Assembly (NCBI GenBank): GCA_030390025.1
Contig: CM059431.1
Location: forward strand, 126,172,001 to 126,236,000
From: Squalus acanthias
Taxonomy: Eukaryota
Direction of reading: 5' to 3'
Length of the DNA: 64,000 nucleotides
The notes under the pieces were generated by a model, which had not been told where the DNA came from, made no database searches, and worked only from the letters and a program-made list of their open reading frames with translations. The stretch's first letter is position 1, and each line of letters opens with the position of its first letter. A program made the position numbers and the translations under genes. Positions 27,575-40,700 of this stretch are shown one piece after another.

Positions 27575-29622
27575 TAGGCTGATGCTCCACTGCAGTACTG
27601 AGGAGTGCTGTACTTTTGGAGGTGCCGTCTTTCGGACGAGACGTTAAACAGAGGCTCCAACTGCACTCTCAGGTGGACATACAAGACCCCATGACGCTAT
27701 TTCGAAGAAAAGCAGGGGAGTTGTCCTCAGTGTTGTAGAGTTTCACAATTATCGCGATTCAAAATAACATGAGAGAAGCAGATTCAATTGATCAGTTTTA
27801 TTAAACAAAATGCTGTCCTGATAATAAAGGACACAGAAGCCTGTAAAATGGCCGCCGCGCATCGTGGCAGAAGCTTCCAGAAACACAGTGGGCAGACAAG
27901 ATGGCGTCGAATATACATTCAGTATGAGATTGGATCATACTCGGTACACATTGATAAAGACAGGATGCAATCTGTTTGCATTTTGAACAATAGCAATGAT
28001 ATAAGTGCTGGAATCATTTTCCTATGCACAGTAAGGATCATTGAACTGGGCAATCGAAGGCCCATCCAGACACATCAATACACAAATACCCCCCCGGCTC
28101 AACAATGAGAGAGACATTGGTGGGTGATTAAGCCAGTATTCAGGGGGCCCCAAAACCAGTCAGGGAGACGATTCATACACATCCTGGCTGGCTCAACAAT
28201 GGGGAAGACATTAACGGATAGTTGGCCAGTTTCAGGTGCTACCGAAATCCGTTAAGAAGATAATCGCCCCATACTGGGAGTTTTAAGCGCCAAAATCACA
28301 CAAAGGATAAACATTAAGATTTGAGCGGGAGATAAAGCGGACACAACAGTATAACTATAGAGGACAAATGTCCATCGGTCTCTTGACTCGCTCAGGCTCT
28401 TGCTGAACTCTCTTCCTGAACTCTTCCTTGGGGCTGGACTTTTGGTCGCTTGATTCTCTGGACTCTCTTGACTCTTGACTCTTAGCCGTACTGGTCGGTT
28501 ATTCGAGTGTTGGGTGGAGCTCAATCGGAACGAGCCGCCTCGACAAGGGCAAGTAACAGGGTACACCATCCCGAGTGTCGGTAAACGGTGTCTGGACCCG
28601 GAGGCCCGAGTGACGAGAAGAAAGACGAGAAGAAAGACGAGAAGAAATTCCACGTGCCGCCACGGTCAGTAAACCCCGACCGCGCCCGAAAATATAACGA
28701 CAGAGCTTTCCTTTGAGTTCTACCGACTTCTACATGTACCGTAACACAGGAAGATTCTTCTTTGAATTCTAAGACGGTTTGAGTCCATCGACTGCTTCAT
28801 GACATCAGGGAGTCTGGCTTGCCTTTCACGGCAGCGAGAGTAAACAAGTGGGGTGCAGAAACCCTTCCAAACACGTGACAGTCAGGCGCTGCAGCGAAAC
28901 GAGCTGAGTGCCTCACTTTAAAATCTCCGAAGTAAGCCGAGTGGTGAGCATGTTTTCCGATCCTACAAATCCAGACGTAGTTTAGGTATTGTTAAGGGAG
29001 GGTGGTTTTTTAATAAGGTTAAGGTATAATGTGTTCCCCTTTTTACGATGTGCCGTGTGTTCTCCATTTCCATAGACCAAGCTTTATGAATGTGTGTATA
29101 CTTGTACTCTCTTTGATTTGCGCCTATGACATGTATTTCATGATTTTAGACGCCATGCAATAAAGATATTCATTTCGTGCTATTCAACCGGGTCTATTTG
29201 AGTTTTCTCTGCATTACTGCTCCTTGCATCTAAGTCCAGGTGTCAGAACCGTAAGGGCGAGTGGGTCGAACCACTCGCAGGTGCTTATTGCAAAAAGGCT
29301 GGCCGGAGACCAGAGCAAGCAATAGTATAGGCAACGAAGGCCTAACCTCGCACCAGCACCGTCTGAGACACGCCCCCCTTACAGTGTCCTGGCCAATAGT
29401 TATCCCTCAACCAACATCACTAAAATAGACTCGACAGATTATATGGTCCTTATCACATTGCTGTTGGTGGGAGTTTGCTGTGCGCAAATTGACTGCCGTG
29501 TTTCCCACAGCACATTACAACAGTGACTACGCTTCCAAAAAAAAGTACTTCGTTGGCTGTAAAGCGCTTTGGGACATCCAGTGGTCGTGAAAGGTGCTAT
29601 GTAAATGAAAGTCTTTCTTTTC
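27575..29622 (+). mobile_element. Deu-domain SINE split by the solo LTR at 27734-29383
   Basis: The SINE sequence rejoins across the GTGT TSD. Confidence 0.8.
27734..29383 (+). mobile_element. Solo LTR, diverged sister family of the B LTR
   Basis: TGTAGAG...CCCTTACA, TSD GTGT. Shares blocks with the B LTR (aaaatggccgcc, gtcggtaaacggtg, gaaccgtaagggcgagtgggtcgaaccactc). Confidence 0.92.
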
Positions 29623-30064
29623 CTACAGAAGCTTTAAGTGCTTTTGAGCAAGCTTCTCCCATTGCTTTCATCTCGAACTATTTCTGTATCAGTTTCTCAT
29701 CCATGGCTTCCTTTTCCGAATTAATGAGCGAAATTTCAGACTGTTGGTTATTAGCACAAGGCCACTGTCTTTTTGTTTCTGTTTCTGTGTCTGTTTCTCT
29801 ATTTGTTTCTGTTTCTGTAGGCACACCTTTTCCAGCACCATGTCTATCTGTAGTCTGTCCACCTCACCTACTAAGCTGCGAACATCACCTTCCAATTCCT
29901 CTCTCTCATCACACATTTGCACCACAGCAGCGTGACTCGCCAGGAAGGAATTAATAGCTTGCACAGCATCGTACACCTCTTTAAGTTTCTCTATTTCTGC
30001 CTTCAAGACCCTATTTTCAGCCTGCGTTTGATCATGCTGGCTCATGTTGAAACAGGAACATTTT

Positions 30065-30957
30065 GGGGTAGAAATTAGGTCGCGCCCCATTTGGGGCGCA
30101 AATATCGTCCGGACGCAAATATTAGCGCCTGGCGCTAATTATCGGCACTGACGGGAAACTTCACTTTTACCGCCCCGGGAGGTGAGTGGAGCGCTAAAGC
30201 AGGCGCTGCACACCTCTCTTAAGGCGCAAAGGCCGAGCAGTGAGGCGTTAACTCGGAGCGCTGGCGAAGCTCATGTAATGTCAGTCAGCAATGGAACACA
30301 CACACAATGGCACGGGCCAGTTCTTAAAGGGGATGGTTAATCTTGCTTTCCATCCACATCCTGTTCATTGCTGCCTTGAATCTCGGCCTGGAGAGACTTG
30401 CACATCAAATGTGCTGGAAAGAACAATGGAGAGCACCAGGCAAAGAGCTCAGAGTGCAGCTCCCACGGTCTCTGCTAAATCGATACAAGGAATGTCAAAT
30501 CAAAATGAACCTGCAAAGTGCTGCTCAGTACCCAAAACTCCTTCACACAACGTTGAATCTCTCCAGAAGTCTCTCCCTCTCTCTCTCAGAATGCGTAGTT
30601 CAGAAATGCCACCAACAATAAAAGACAGGAAGAGGCCCCCTTTAAATAGCGCCCCCCCCAGCCCCACAGCGATTGATAGCGTTCCAGTCTTCTGGTCGTT
30701 GGAAGCGCCAGGCGGTAAGGCAGGGGGCGCCACTCAATTTCCGCTACGGGGCGCCCCAAGGGCGTTGCACCATGGAATGACGTCACAATCTGCGCGCGCA
30801 GGTGGTCGCAGCGGTAAGTTTTAGCGCCGCCGCACAATCTCAAGTTAAGTTCTCGAGCGGCGCAAACATCGCTGCGCCCGGGCGTTAGCGGCTTTGCGCC
30901 CCATTAGCGCCCTCTTAAGGCGCTAACGGGTGGCGCAACCAAGTGAATTTTTACCCC
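30065..30957. mobile_element. Non-autonomous TIR element (Harbinger-like MITE)
   Basis: TIRs GGGGTAGAAATT / AATTTTTACCCC, flanked by TTT on both sides. Subtermini rich in AGCGCC and CpG. Confidence 0.75.
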
Positions 30958-32750
30958 TTTCTGTCTACTATCTTATTGTTTCTGCAGACACACATTCTCC
31001 AGTGCCTGCTCAATCTGCTCCCTGCTGCCGTTTAAAGTTTCTTTGGAAAAATTGTAAGGCCCACCCTTACTTTTAGTCCAGTGAGAAATTTTCAAAGGGA
31101 CAAACTTGGTCAAGAAATTGACTATTTTGTCTGATTCCATCCTATTCCCTAGATCATGATTCCCAGGAGCTAGTTATATGCACTATCAATATTAAATCAT
31201 ATTCACCATCTGCGTATTCGTTGGATGAGTTCACGGCACGAAATGTTAGCAGTCAGTCTCCTTCCTTATCTGGTTTGCAACCACACATTTTGAGTAAGCA
31301 CGAGATACTTTGTTGTATACTATATGGAACAGACTTTATTGATACACAGTACAGGTGATCAGCCTAACGGTATACAGAGAGTGGCTTTTCAGTTTCTGTA
31401 TCTTTTGAGCCCTCCAAAGAAATGCTGAAAACCCTGCTCCTTTATATACAATGGCCCAGAAATTGAGCCACTTACTGCCACCCGTTTCTGCCGCAATCCT
31501 GGAAAAAAAATAGCGGCCTCTAATGCCCGCCTCTGGTGCGGGACTCGGCAGCCTCCATTTTGGTGAGGGCCTTAGCGTTGCCGATAACAGCGCTGGCCCT
31601 AGACATGCAAATATGGATTTTTTAGATTTTATTGAAGTACTGGTTTGGTGCAATATGTATTAAAAGTTTTTAAAGTATGCAGGGAGTGCAAAGAGTACTG
31701 CTGGATGCTTGTACAAGTACATCATCCCTTTCTGGTGGATGGCTAGGAGTGGGCCGGATTGCGGGAAGCACTCCTGCTTCTCCTGGCCCAAAGCAGTGCT
31801 GGAAAACGCTTACCTCTTCCATGCAGCAGTCCTCTCCTCCCTTTACCTGTCGGGTTTCCCAAGGTATGGGAAACCTGGCCGGTCAGCGTTAAAGCTGAGA
31901 GATTAAAATCTGAGGCAGTAGCCTCATTAAAATATTTTAAAATCGGAAGTGAGTGGGTTCGAGGCAAGTTGGGTTCGGGTTTGATATTTTTTACATTTTA
32001 TCATCCCACCTGACCCATACCCATCCATTTTTGGGGATTATAATTCCCCCCCCCCCCCCGCCTTGTATCTACAGGGGGGTGGGGTGGGGGGGGGGTGCAG
32101 GAGGCCCTCGAGAAATATGCTCAGGAGGCAGTGGGAAGAAGTAACGAAGGAGATCAATGCCAGGAGTACAGCTCCAAAAACATGCATGCAGTGCAGGAAG
32201 AAGTTTAATGATCTGACACGAGCTGTAAAGATGAGTGAGTTTAATCTTCAAATGGTATATTCTACAAACTGCACCACATGCCTCATCCACTGCTCAATTT
32301 ACCCAACTACCAACAATCTCTATCAATCAGTACTCAACCCTTCAATTCATATGGTTGACCTCACCGTCACACACTTAGCACTGTTGCAAGCTTTGTAACA
32401 GCACACAACTCATACACACTGGCAGCTATTAAACCATGACAGTCACATCACCCAAACATATTGCAGGACACTCACTGACACACTTCCCTCTTTCTTGCAG
32501 GAGAAGGCGGCACTTGACAGGAGGCAGCAGCAAAGAACTGGAGGAGGGAAAGCACACCTGCATGTGTTAACCCCATTGAGGAGATAGTGCTGGCCATCAT
32601 GAAAAGGTTCATCGCTGAGGCCTTGGCCACTCGTGGAGCTGGAGGAATCGCTGATGAGGTTATCTGCATACCTAATCCTTCTTCTCTCTTCCCACACCTC
32701 CCTCAAGCCACAGTATCTTCTGACTTACAAGCTGCCGATGGTGTAAGCAC

Positions 32751-33725
32751 TGTAAGGGGTTTTTGTCTCGGGCTTATTTGTAGGTCAGCCAGTTATGTTT
32801 TCCTGGGCTGTCCTGCACGCTGTGCGGTTGCGAATCGCTATCCCCTTCCTAGTTCTGAGCCCAGGACTTATTGAGCGGCGATAAGGACAAACGAACAGAC
32901 CCGTGGATTGGTGCGAGAAAACCAATGTTTATTTACAGAAGTAAAACTACAGAGAAACAGTATCATACGAAGAAAACAAAATCACTATGCAATACGGTTT
33001 TACACTTAACATGGGAGGAGAACGGACACATCGAGGGAAAATCCTAAAATTACAATTTTAGCAATATCCCCATTAATTCCCACCCTTATGCCTAACTAAA
33101 ATTGTCTTGCGACAGCCAGAAGATAATGCTCACCGGTGAAATGGATGGAAAAACCTGGCCCTGGACCCTGTTTCTGCCGTTGAAACGTGGCTACAAAGTT
33201 TCTGGTCTTCTTTCTTGGCTGCTGGCAGACAGGCAGGGTGAACCGGGATCCAGGCAGAGAGAGAGAGAGAGAGGGGCTGGGTCTTCCCAGTTATACGCTC
33301 GCAGTCGTCCTAATCTCCCTTCAGATCAGCTCATTTCTATTGTCTGATCTGGGCATGATGAATTTTAACTAAAGGTACTGATCTTGGCCCATCATGTTAG
33401 ATGGCCGGTAATTGTATCATACCAGTTCTTCAACTGTTCCCCTTTGTCCGACAGGTTCGATGATTGTCCAGCACAGTCTCAATATCCCCGCTGATTATTT
33501 GAGCAAACACCTTGAAAGCCTTATGCGTAGACCTGATTGGGTTTGTCCCCATTGCATCGGAATACACAAGCTGATAGTTTGCCAGCGTCTGAAAAGCTCT
33601 TGGTCACAAGGTCTGACCGCAGCCATGCCCTGGATTTTAAAACTCAGTCAGACCAGGGTTCCTTATTAATAAGTCCAACAAAAATCTTCGGGGGGGGGAC
33701 ACATGAAATTTTGCGAATCCTTTCA
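32751..33725 (-). repeat. 3' LTR of provirus A (975 bp)
   Basis: Direct repeat of 39722-40700 with multiple substitutions and small indels. Preceded on the minus strand by a G-rich PPT. Confidence 0.95.
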
Positions 33726-34064
33726 GTCCCCCCTGTGGAGACTTAAACTTGCTTGAAGTGTCCATACGAGGTGAACAAAATTTCTGACTGTCGCAAACAA
33801 CCTTCCCCTTTATTTACCTATCCTAATTCCCCCGACACGTACATTCCCCCACTTGGAGAATAACCGCAGTATACAGCAGGCATTTTAGATAGGAAACAAA
33901 TTCTTTTCCAGTAATCCCAGCACGGAGGGGGTCCAACATACCCCTGCACCACTTGGGATAAAACAGTTTTTTTTATTAAAAAAAAACAACAAACGGAGGG
34001 GACCATCTTTATTAAAAATAATAAAATTAGGCCGCCATCACTCGCAAGTGGTGCGACACGGAAT

Positions 34065-36413
34065 TCACGCGAGTGTCTCGTCTACCCGAGCATACTGGTC
34101 CCTCCAAACCCTTTGGGTTCTTGCTACTGCCTCGGGACCCCTTTTCCTACACTGGACGCAAACAAGGTAGGGGACGATCCTGAGCTGACAAATTACAAGC
34201 ACGTGTGATGCCAGACGAATCCAGGAGGGGACCTCGATATTCTCAAAGATGTCCCACCAGGGTCGGGTCGTAATATCCAGAATATCAGCCCCTATCTGGA
34301 TAGTCTTCTGTTCCAGTGTATAAAAATGCTTTTGCAACACCACTACGGCTCTTAATAGTTTAATGAGGTGTTCTGGGAGAGGGGGAATCTGGTAGCCGAA
34401 GTGAGCCACATACTTTTGGAGGTTGGTGAAATTCTCTCTTACAGTTAGGTGAACCGTGGATGGTTCAGGTATGGGGACAATTCGTTCCTGGGCCACTTGA
34501 ACTTCTGCCTTGGGTTTAAAGCAGAAGCTGCTGTCACTCACCGCACACCAGCTGTGCTGTCCATGCTGGTAGTGAGACGGTCCTGTGGTGATGCAATATG
34601 TCCCACCTCCTATATATGCTACCTGTGGGGGAACATGGCCTTGTGCCATGGCTTCCATGGTACAATTTATAGGTTTCGCGTCAGCAGCTCTGAACCCGCA
34701 TTGTGGTTTCGAATAGGCATGCAAGTGCTGGGGACACAGGATGATGTGTGCTCCCCGGCTACGGCATCCCGAGAGGTCAGTACCCGTCATAGCGTGATCC
34801 CACTTTATGACGTAGGGCGGGACCGCTGTAAAACGAACGTGTACACCCCCCTGAATGACACCAATGTTCTCCACCCTGTATACTGGCGTGGGTCGGGCCG
34901 TCCCGCCCATGACCGGCATCCTTACTATTATCCCCATGATAGTGTGGTTGGAACGTCCACAGTCCATTGGGACTGGGTAGGCCTCGGAAGCTAGTCAGAG
35001 CTGGCACGGGCTTAATGCGTTCTCAAAAGGGTGGAAGGCTGCGAGGTGCTTGTTGCTGATCCAGGAGGGGACCAAACCCTGTTTTAAGTCCTCCAGATTT
35101 CTGCGGCCCTCGCCCAGCAACCATGCCCCGTACAGTACGCACACCTCGTTTTGCGCAGCCTGGTCAGACGTATTCCGATCCTCCCTAATGAGCGCATTCA
35201 CCATCTTTGCATGTATCTCCAGCTCCGCTATGATCTCCTTTAGATGGAGAGTCATGGCCTGGTCTTCATGCAGTTTCGAACCCACTACCTTGTTCTCATC
35301 ATTTAAGACCTTCTTTAATTGGGTCTTCAGACCGTTGATCTGCGTCTGTAGTTCAATGTCGTCTAAACTATTAATAACTGAAGACCCCGCATTAAAACCC
35401 GTTAAAACATCATTAACAATACCCCTTCTCTGTCTCCCCACCCCGTCCCAAGCCTCGTGGCTATGTGTATACAATTTGGTCTTATCGATCTCCGCAAAAT
35501 CGAATTCGTAAAACTTTTGAAATGTTTTCCTTAAGAGGGCTTGATATAGTTTAGCGGTCTCTGCAGGGCACCACACGGGCAAGTGCACCTCAGTGAGATT
35601 TAAGATCACCGAGTCCATCGCGTAATGCACCCCTTGATAGAGCACCTGGTCTGTGGGTACCAGCACCAGGCCGTTCCCTGGTCCCTTGGTGGTGGCGGGG
35701 CATCCCTCTGCTACAGTCCGTGATGTCGGGGTCGTGGGCAGGGGCTGTCGGGGACGGGTCACTAATTCAGTGGCATTAACCGAGATTGGGGAGTATGGGA
35801 TCGCGCATGCATCCTGGCGCGACCCCCAGTCCATACCCCTCCCGTTATCCTGCCACTGGCTGTGGAAAATGATGGAAATGCCCGTGGGGCAGACTCTCTC
35901 TGAACCCCACATACAGACATAGATCCCCTGATCCGGTTCCCACCATTTGTCCCAGCACACACTTAACCCTCCCTGGGTCCCCGTGATGGTCCTGTGGGTG
36001 TCGTTCCCTAACCTTTCCCATTCTACCCTGGGGTTCCCCATGTCTTTGCTTAATTTTCTGAGCCACCACCACCTATCCAGGGGAATGTTGCCCTTACATG
36101 ATAAACAAATCCTTTTGCCCACGGTGACGCTGATCCTTGGGGTGACGATCCGTATCCTTGGGCACTGGAGGGAGGCCTCCCCATATGTAAAACCGGTCTG
36201 GCTCGAGTTCTGGGTCGAGTTTGACCCCAGCCATCCAGGCCAGCTCCCCTCGTGAGTATACGAGGCAATTTCATCCGCCTCGTGTAGGCCACTTCCATCG
36301 TGGGCTAGGGGTGCCGTCCTTCTGGAGCATCCAAAGATGCGGTGGTCCTCGGTGTCGCCCCTTCTCGCGAGGCTCAGCCCAGACAGGGCGAGCAAGATCA
36401 GGCCTCCGAACAT
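34065..36413 (-). pseudogene. env: env of provirus A, full length with one in-frame TGA at 34995-34997 (Arg in B)
   Basis: ORFs 34995..36413 and 34065..34967 share a frame and are colinear with Env B. TM and cytoplasmic tail are present. Confidence 0.92.
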
Positions 36414-36428
36414 TTCCCTTTTAATTGC

Positions 36429-36447
36429 CTGAAAAAAAAATAAAGAA
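36429..36447 (-). promoter_or_regulatory. Candidate env splice acceptor (provirus A)
   Basis: Minus strand reads ttctttatttttttttCAG|gcaattaaaagggaaATG. The equivalent in B is ...tgatcaCAG at 55215-55217. Confidence 0.65.
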
Positions 36448-36806
36448 CACCTAGCCAGGCTCCCTATAGGCTCCTTGGCTGGGGTGAAGTGTGAGCGGGT
36501 CCCTCGACCTCAGCTCACATGGACAAACACACATACACTGGAACGGTTCCATCTTAAAACTGCTATACGGTTCCGCACCTTAAAATCAAACTCAACAATC
36601 TAACTTAAAACTATAAACTTCTCAGACCAAGTTCTGTACATTCGCCGCCCGTCTCCGAGCGGCTAGCTTAAACTCTGTCAGGACTGCGGCAGGCTGCTCC
36701 CTGCAGCGTGGCTGTACGGACCCTTACTTCTGGTCCCTCACAGCCTGCGACTGTTGGCTGGGGACCTGTGTCTTTTAACTTAACTTTTGCTCGGGAGGTC
36801 ACCCCT

Positions 36807-37793
36807 TTAAACCGGCGACCATGCCTTCCTAGGTTGGGGTGTCCGAGGGGACCTCCTAGGAAGTGCTATAGGTGGGGCTACCCTGGCGAGCAGACCCTTG
36901 CCGTGGGTCGCAGTCCTCGCTGGCTGGGGGCTTTTCCCCCGTGGCTCCTCCCCTCCCAAGTCTGAGCTGGGGACAGGCAATCCCTCACTGCCTGCTGCTG
37001 TTGGCTGAGAGTCCTCGCCTCCAGGTTCAAAACCTGGGTCGGGGGCGGGGCTATCTGGTTCGGGCTCCTCCTCCTCCCCACCTGAGTCCCAGAAGAGAGG
37101 GGGGGTGGTTTGAACAGGGGCCTGGGTGACTCCTCCCTCAAGACAGGCCACTGCGCCTGCTTGTGCAGTCTGTGAACTGAGACCTGCTGGGAGCTGAGTA
37201 CTTCTAACCTTGGGGTGGTCCACCCTTGCTGGCTCCTCCCCTTTGTCGGGTTTAAACAGTTTGCACTGGTTAATGCTGCTAGCAGCCTGCCAGTGAACCT
37301 GTTTTAAAACCTTGTCCGCTGCCTCAAACGGACCTTCTATGGACTCTCCATTCTCTCTCTTTACCAGGACGGCCTTAAGGACGGGATCCTGGGCTTGGAC
37401 CTGCTTTAAGTCCGGGGCCAAGGCTACCCCCTGTGTGCCTCCCTTGTCCCAGATTGCGGCTACCGGACCTGCTTTGTAGGGATTCCAGAACTCTCCTTCC
37501 CTGGCCCCCTGCTTGGCTGACTTGTTGGCCTTTTGGTTACCCTCCCACGTGGTATGGAGGGATCCTAAATCTATGTCCAAAGGTTTGGACATTGCCCCAG
37601 CCTGCTTGTTCCCTGTGAATCCCATTAATCTGTACGGGACCCCGTTAGACCTGGGTGAATTGGTCAGGCCTTCCGAATGGACCACCGTGCTGGCAGCTCC
37701 GGTGTCCACCAAACATCTCCCCTGCAATTTCTCCACCCCCATCTTACCATCGTATCCCGGGGGACACAGGTGGACAGGCTGCGCTGGTTCTAG
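36807..37793 (-). pseudogene. pol: Internally deleted pol of provirus A (half PR + RNase H end + IN fragments + tail)
   Basis: LVDTGAAS...LHTTW is joined to EGNQKAN...GPF, then to LKQVHWQAA, then to NQCKLFKP. RT and the IN core are absent. Confidence 0.88.
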
Positions 37794-39718
37794 TCATAGG
37801 TCTGCGTTCTATGGGGCTGATGGGGTCAGAGCACCGGTGGTTGCTGCTATCTTCCCCTGACTGGCCAGGAGAACCCGCAGTGATTCTAGAACGCTCTCTA
37901 CTGTGGGGGTCCCAGTGTCTACCTTTGGGCCTGGAGCTGTGGAGCTCTTTCCCTTGGTGTCCTTCCAGGGGTTTTTGCAATCTTTGCGCCAGTGGCTGTC
38001 CTTCCCGCAGCCATAGCAGTTTAACTTATTCTGGGAGGGACGGTTTCCCTCCTGGTGCCACTCTTTCTTATTCTGGCCCCCAGGTTTAACCTCGTGGACT
38101 TTCCCTTTGGGCTGGGGCATCTCAATTCCCCTCCCGTTATTTCTAAATGCTACCGTGAGCTGGCGGATCACCATTTCTTCGGTGGTCTGGGGGTTTTGGG
38201 GGTCAAACCAGGCCACAGCCTGGGCTCGGATTTGGGGCAGGCAGTTCGTCATGAGACAACGGAGCCAGTGGGCCAATTGGTCTCTGTTGAGGAACATCCG
38301 CACTGGCGTTCCCGGGCACGCGCTCTGGTAGACTGGCCACAGCCTGTCTGCGAATGTCTGCGGGGACTCCACGGGGACCTGTACCGTTTTTTCCACTCGG
38401 GTGAACGGACTCCCATCATTTAGTCCCATGGCCTCCAATATCTCATCCCTTAACTCCTCGTAATCTTTCTGTCCCTTCTTACACTCATCCGATAGGGTTT
38501 GGAGGAGATCACTACCCAGAGAGAACAGCAGCATTTTTGCTTGTTCTGCCTCATCGCAGTCATTAACGCATGCTGCCTGCTCTATCTCCCAGAAATGTAG
38601 AGAGGGGTCCCCCCTCACTGTGAGCTTAGGGATGTGTCGAACCATGGCTCTGAGCTATTGGGTACCATGCGGCACTAAAAACTGGTTCTGGATTGCCCCT
38701 AGCTCCTCGCCATCGGCTGGCGGGCCATATCTCCGTTGTCGGAGGGGGTACACTGGTCCCGGACCCGGTTTATCCCCTAGGGCCTGCTGGATCTCCCATA
38801 ATGCTCCATCCTCCACCCCCCCTTGCTGCCAGGCCTCTTGAAAACTCGGGGCTCTGGGTGGCGGTCGTAAAACCTCTGATTCCCTAACCAGTGCCTTTCT
38901 GGGAGCTGCCTGTGGGACTTCCCTGCTTGGGTTGCTGGTAAAATCCAACTGGCCCATCTTCGGGCTGATGAGGCATACCATGCCCTTCGCCCTTACTAAG
39001 GCCATGCCCAAGCTTTCTATTTCTTGCCTGCAGGGGCCGTGGTCTGTGTCTTCAAACCCCTGGGCACAAGCCAGCTTATATGCTGCTTTTACTTCGCCTA
39101 CTTTCTCCTCCTGCTCTTTCAACTCTTGCGTGAGGCTGGAAATCTTGTCCATTAACCTAACCTCACTACCTCTCGCCTCTCTGACCTGGTATTCCAGGTG
39201 TTCCATCCTGTGCCTAGCGCTACTTTTGAGCTCTGCGATCCGGTCTTCCAGGCGCTCTGACTTTGCCTGGTGTTCCCTTTGAGCTTCAACGGCCCGGGCC
39301 CTCATACGCTCTAACTCAGCCTGATGGTCCCGTGCCGTCTGCACCCTCTCTTGGCTTACTGCCTGGAGGGCCACTACTACTTTCTCCTCCGCTGCAGTCT
39401 TTTCCTGCAGCTCTCGGGTCAACTGTTTGATCTTGGCTGCCCGTGTTGCAACAGCACGGTCTAACACTAAAACCTGCTTTTTCAAACACATGAGCCAGAC
39501 CGCTTTTTCAATACCTCTCCTGTACTCTTTACTTGCTGTCCACTGGGCAGCTGCATCTAGGGGGCGCTCGGCTTTTAACATATCGCACACCCTTTTTTTG
39601 CGATATTAACTTTGCCGCACACATAGGTAGATAACCTCCACTCCATTGCGGATTCCTCCTCCGCAACACGGTCTGCCTTATCACACGCTTTCGCATGGGC
39701 TTCTACCTGGCTCGCCAT
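37794..39718 (-). pseudogene. gag: gag of provirus A (1-nt deletion at ~39592; premature TAGs at 38655 and 37809)
   Basis: ORFs 38655..39590 and 37809..38645 align with Gag B (EKAVWLMC, HGMVCLISP-like, DPSxHFxEIEQ, CYGCG..HWRKxC). Confidence 0.9.
39707..39717 (-). promoter_or_regulatory. Primer-binding site, tRNA-Arg(ACG)-type (11-nt match)
   Basis: TGGCGAGCCAG is complementary to ...CUGGCUCGCCA of tRNA-Arg(ACG) as recalled. The match breaks after 11 nt. Confidence 0.7.
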
Positions 39719-39721
39719 TTC

Positions 39722-40700
39722 TGTAAGGGGTTTTTGTCTCGGGCTTATTTGTAGGTCAGCCAGTTATGTTTTCCTGAGCTGTTCTGCCCGCTGTGCGGTT
39801 GCGAATCGCTATCCCCTTCCTAGTTCTGAGCCCAGGACTTATCGAGCGGCGATAAGGACAAACGAACAGACCCGTGGATTGGTGCGAGGAAAACCAATGT
39901 TTATTTACAGAAGTAAAACTACAGAGAAACAGTATCATATGAAGAAAACAAAATCACTATGCAGTACGGTTTTACACTTAACATGGGAAGAGAACGGACA
40001 CATCGAGGGAAAATCCTAAAATTACAATTTTAGCAATATCTCCATTAATTCCCACCCTTATGCCTAACTAAAATTGTCTTGCGACAGCCAGAAGAAGATA
40101 ATGCTCACCGGTGAAATGGATGGAAAAACCTGGCCCTGGACCCTGTTTCTGTCGTCGAAACGTGGCTACAAAGTTTCTGGTCTTCTTTCTTGGCTGCTGG
40201 CAGACAGGTAGGGTGAACCGGGATCCAGGCAGAGAGAGAGAGAGAGAGGGGCTGGATCTTCCCAGTTATACCCTCGCGGTCGTCCTAATCTCCCTTCAGA
40301 TCAGCTCATTTCTATTGTCTGATCTGGGCATGATGAATTTTAACAAAAGGTACTGATCTTGGCCCATCATGTTAGATGGCCGGTAATTGTATCATACCAG
40401 TTCTTCAACTGTTCCCCTTTGTCCGACAGGTTCGATGATTGTCCAGCAGTCTCAATGTCCTCGCTGATTATTTGAGCAAACACCTTGAAAGCCTTATGCG
40501 TAGACCTAATTGGGTTTGTCCCCATTGCATCGGAATACACAAGCTGATAGTTTGCCAGCGTCTGAAAAGCTCTTGGTCACAAGGTCTGACCGCAGCCATT
40601 TTATGCCCTGGATTTTAAAACTCAGTCAGACCAGGGTTCCTTTTAATAAGTCCAACAAAAATCTTCGGGGGGGACACATGAAATTTTGCGAATCCTTTCA
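39722..40700 (-). repeat. 5' LTR of provirus A (979 bp)
   Basis: Minus strand reads TGAAAGG...CCCCTTACA, followed by GAAA and the PBS. Confidence 0.95.

Larger units (their letters stand above)
32751..40700 (-). mobile_element. Provirus A: pol-deleted, decaying relative of provirus B
   Basis: LTRs at 32751-33725 and 39722-40700. TSD GCAC at 32747-32750 and 40701-40704. Gag, pol remnant and env are homologous to provirus B. Confidence 0.95.
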
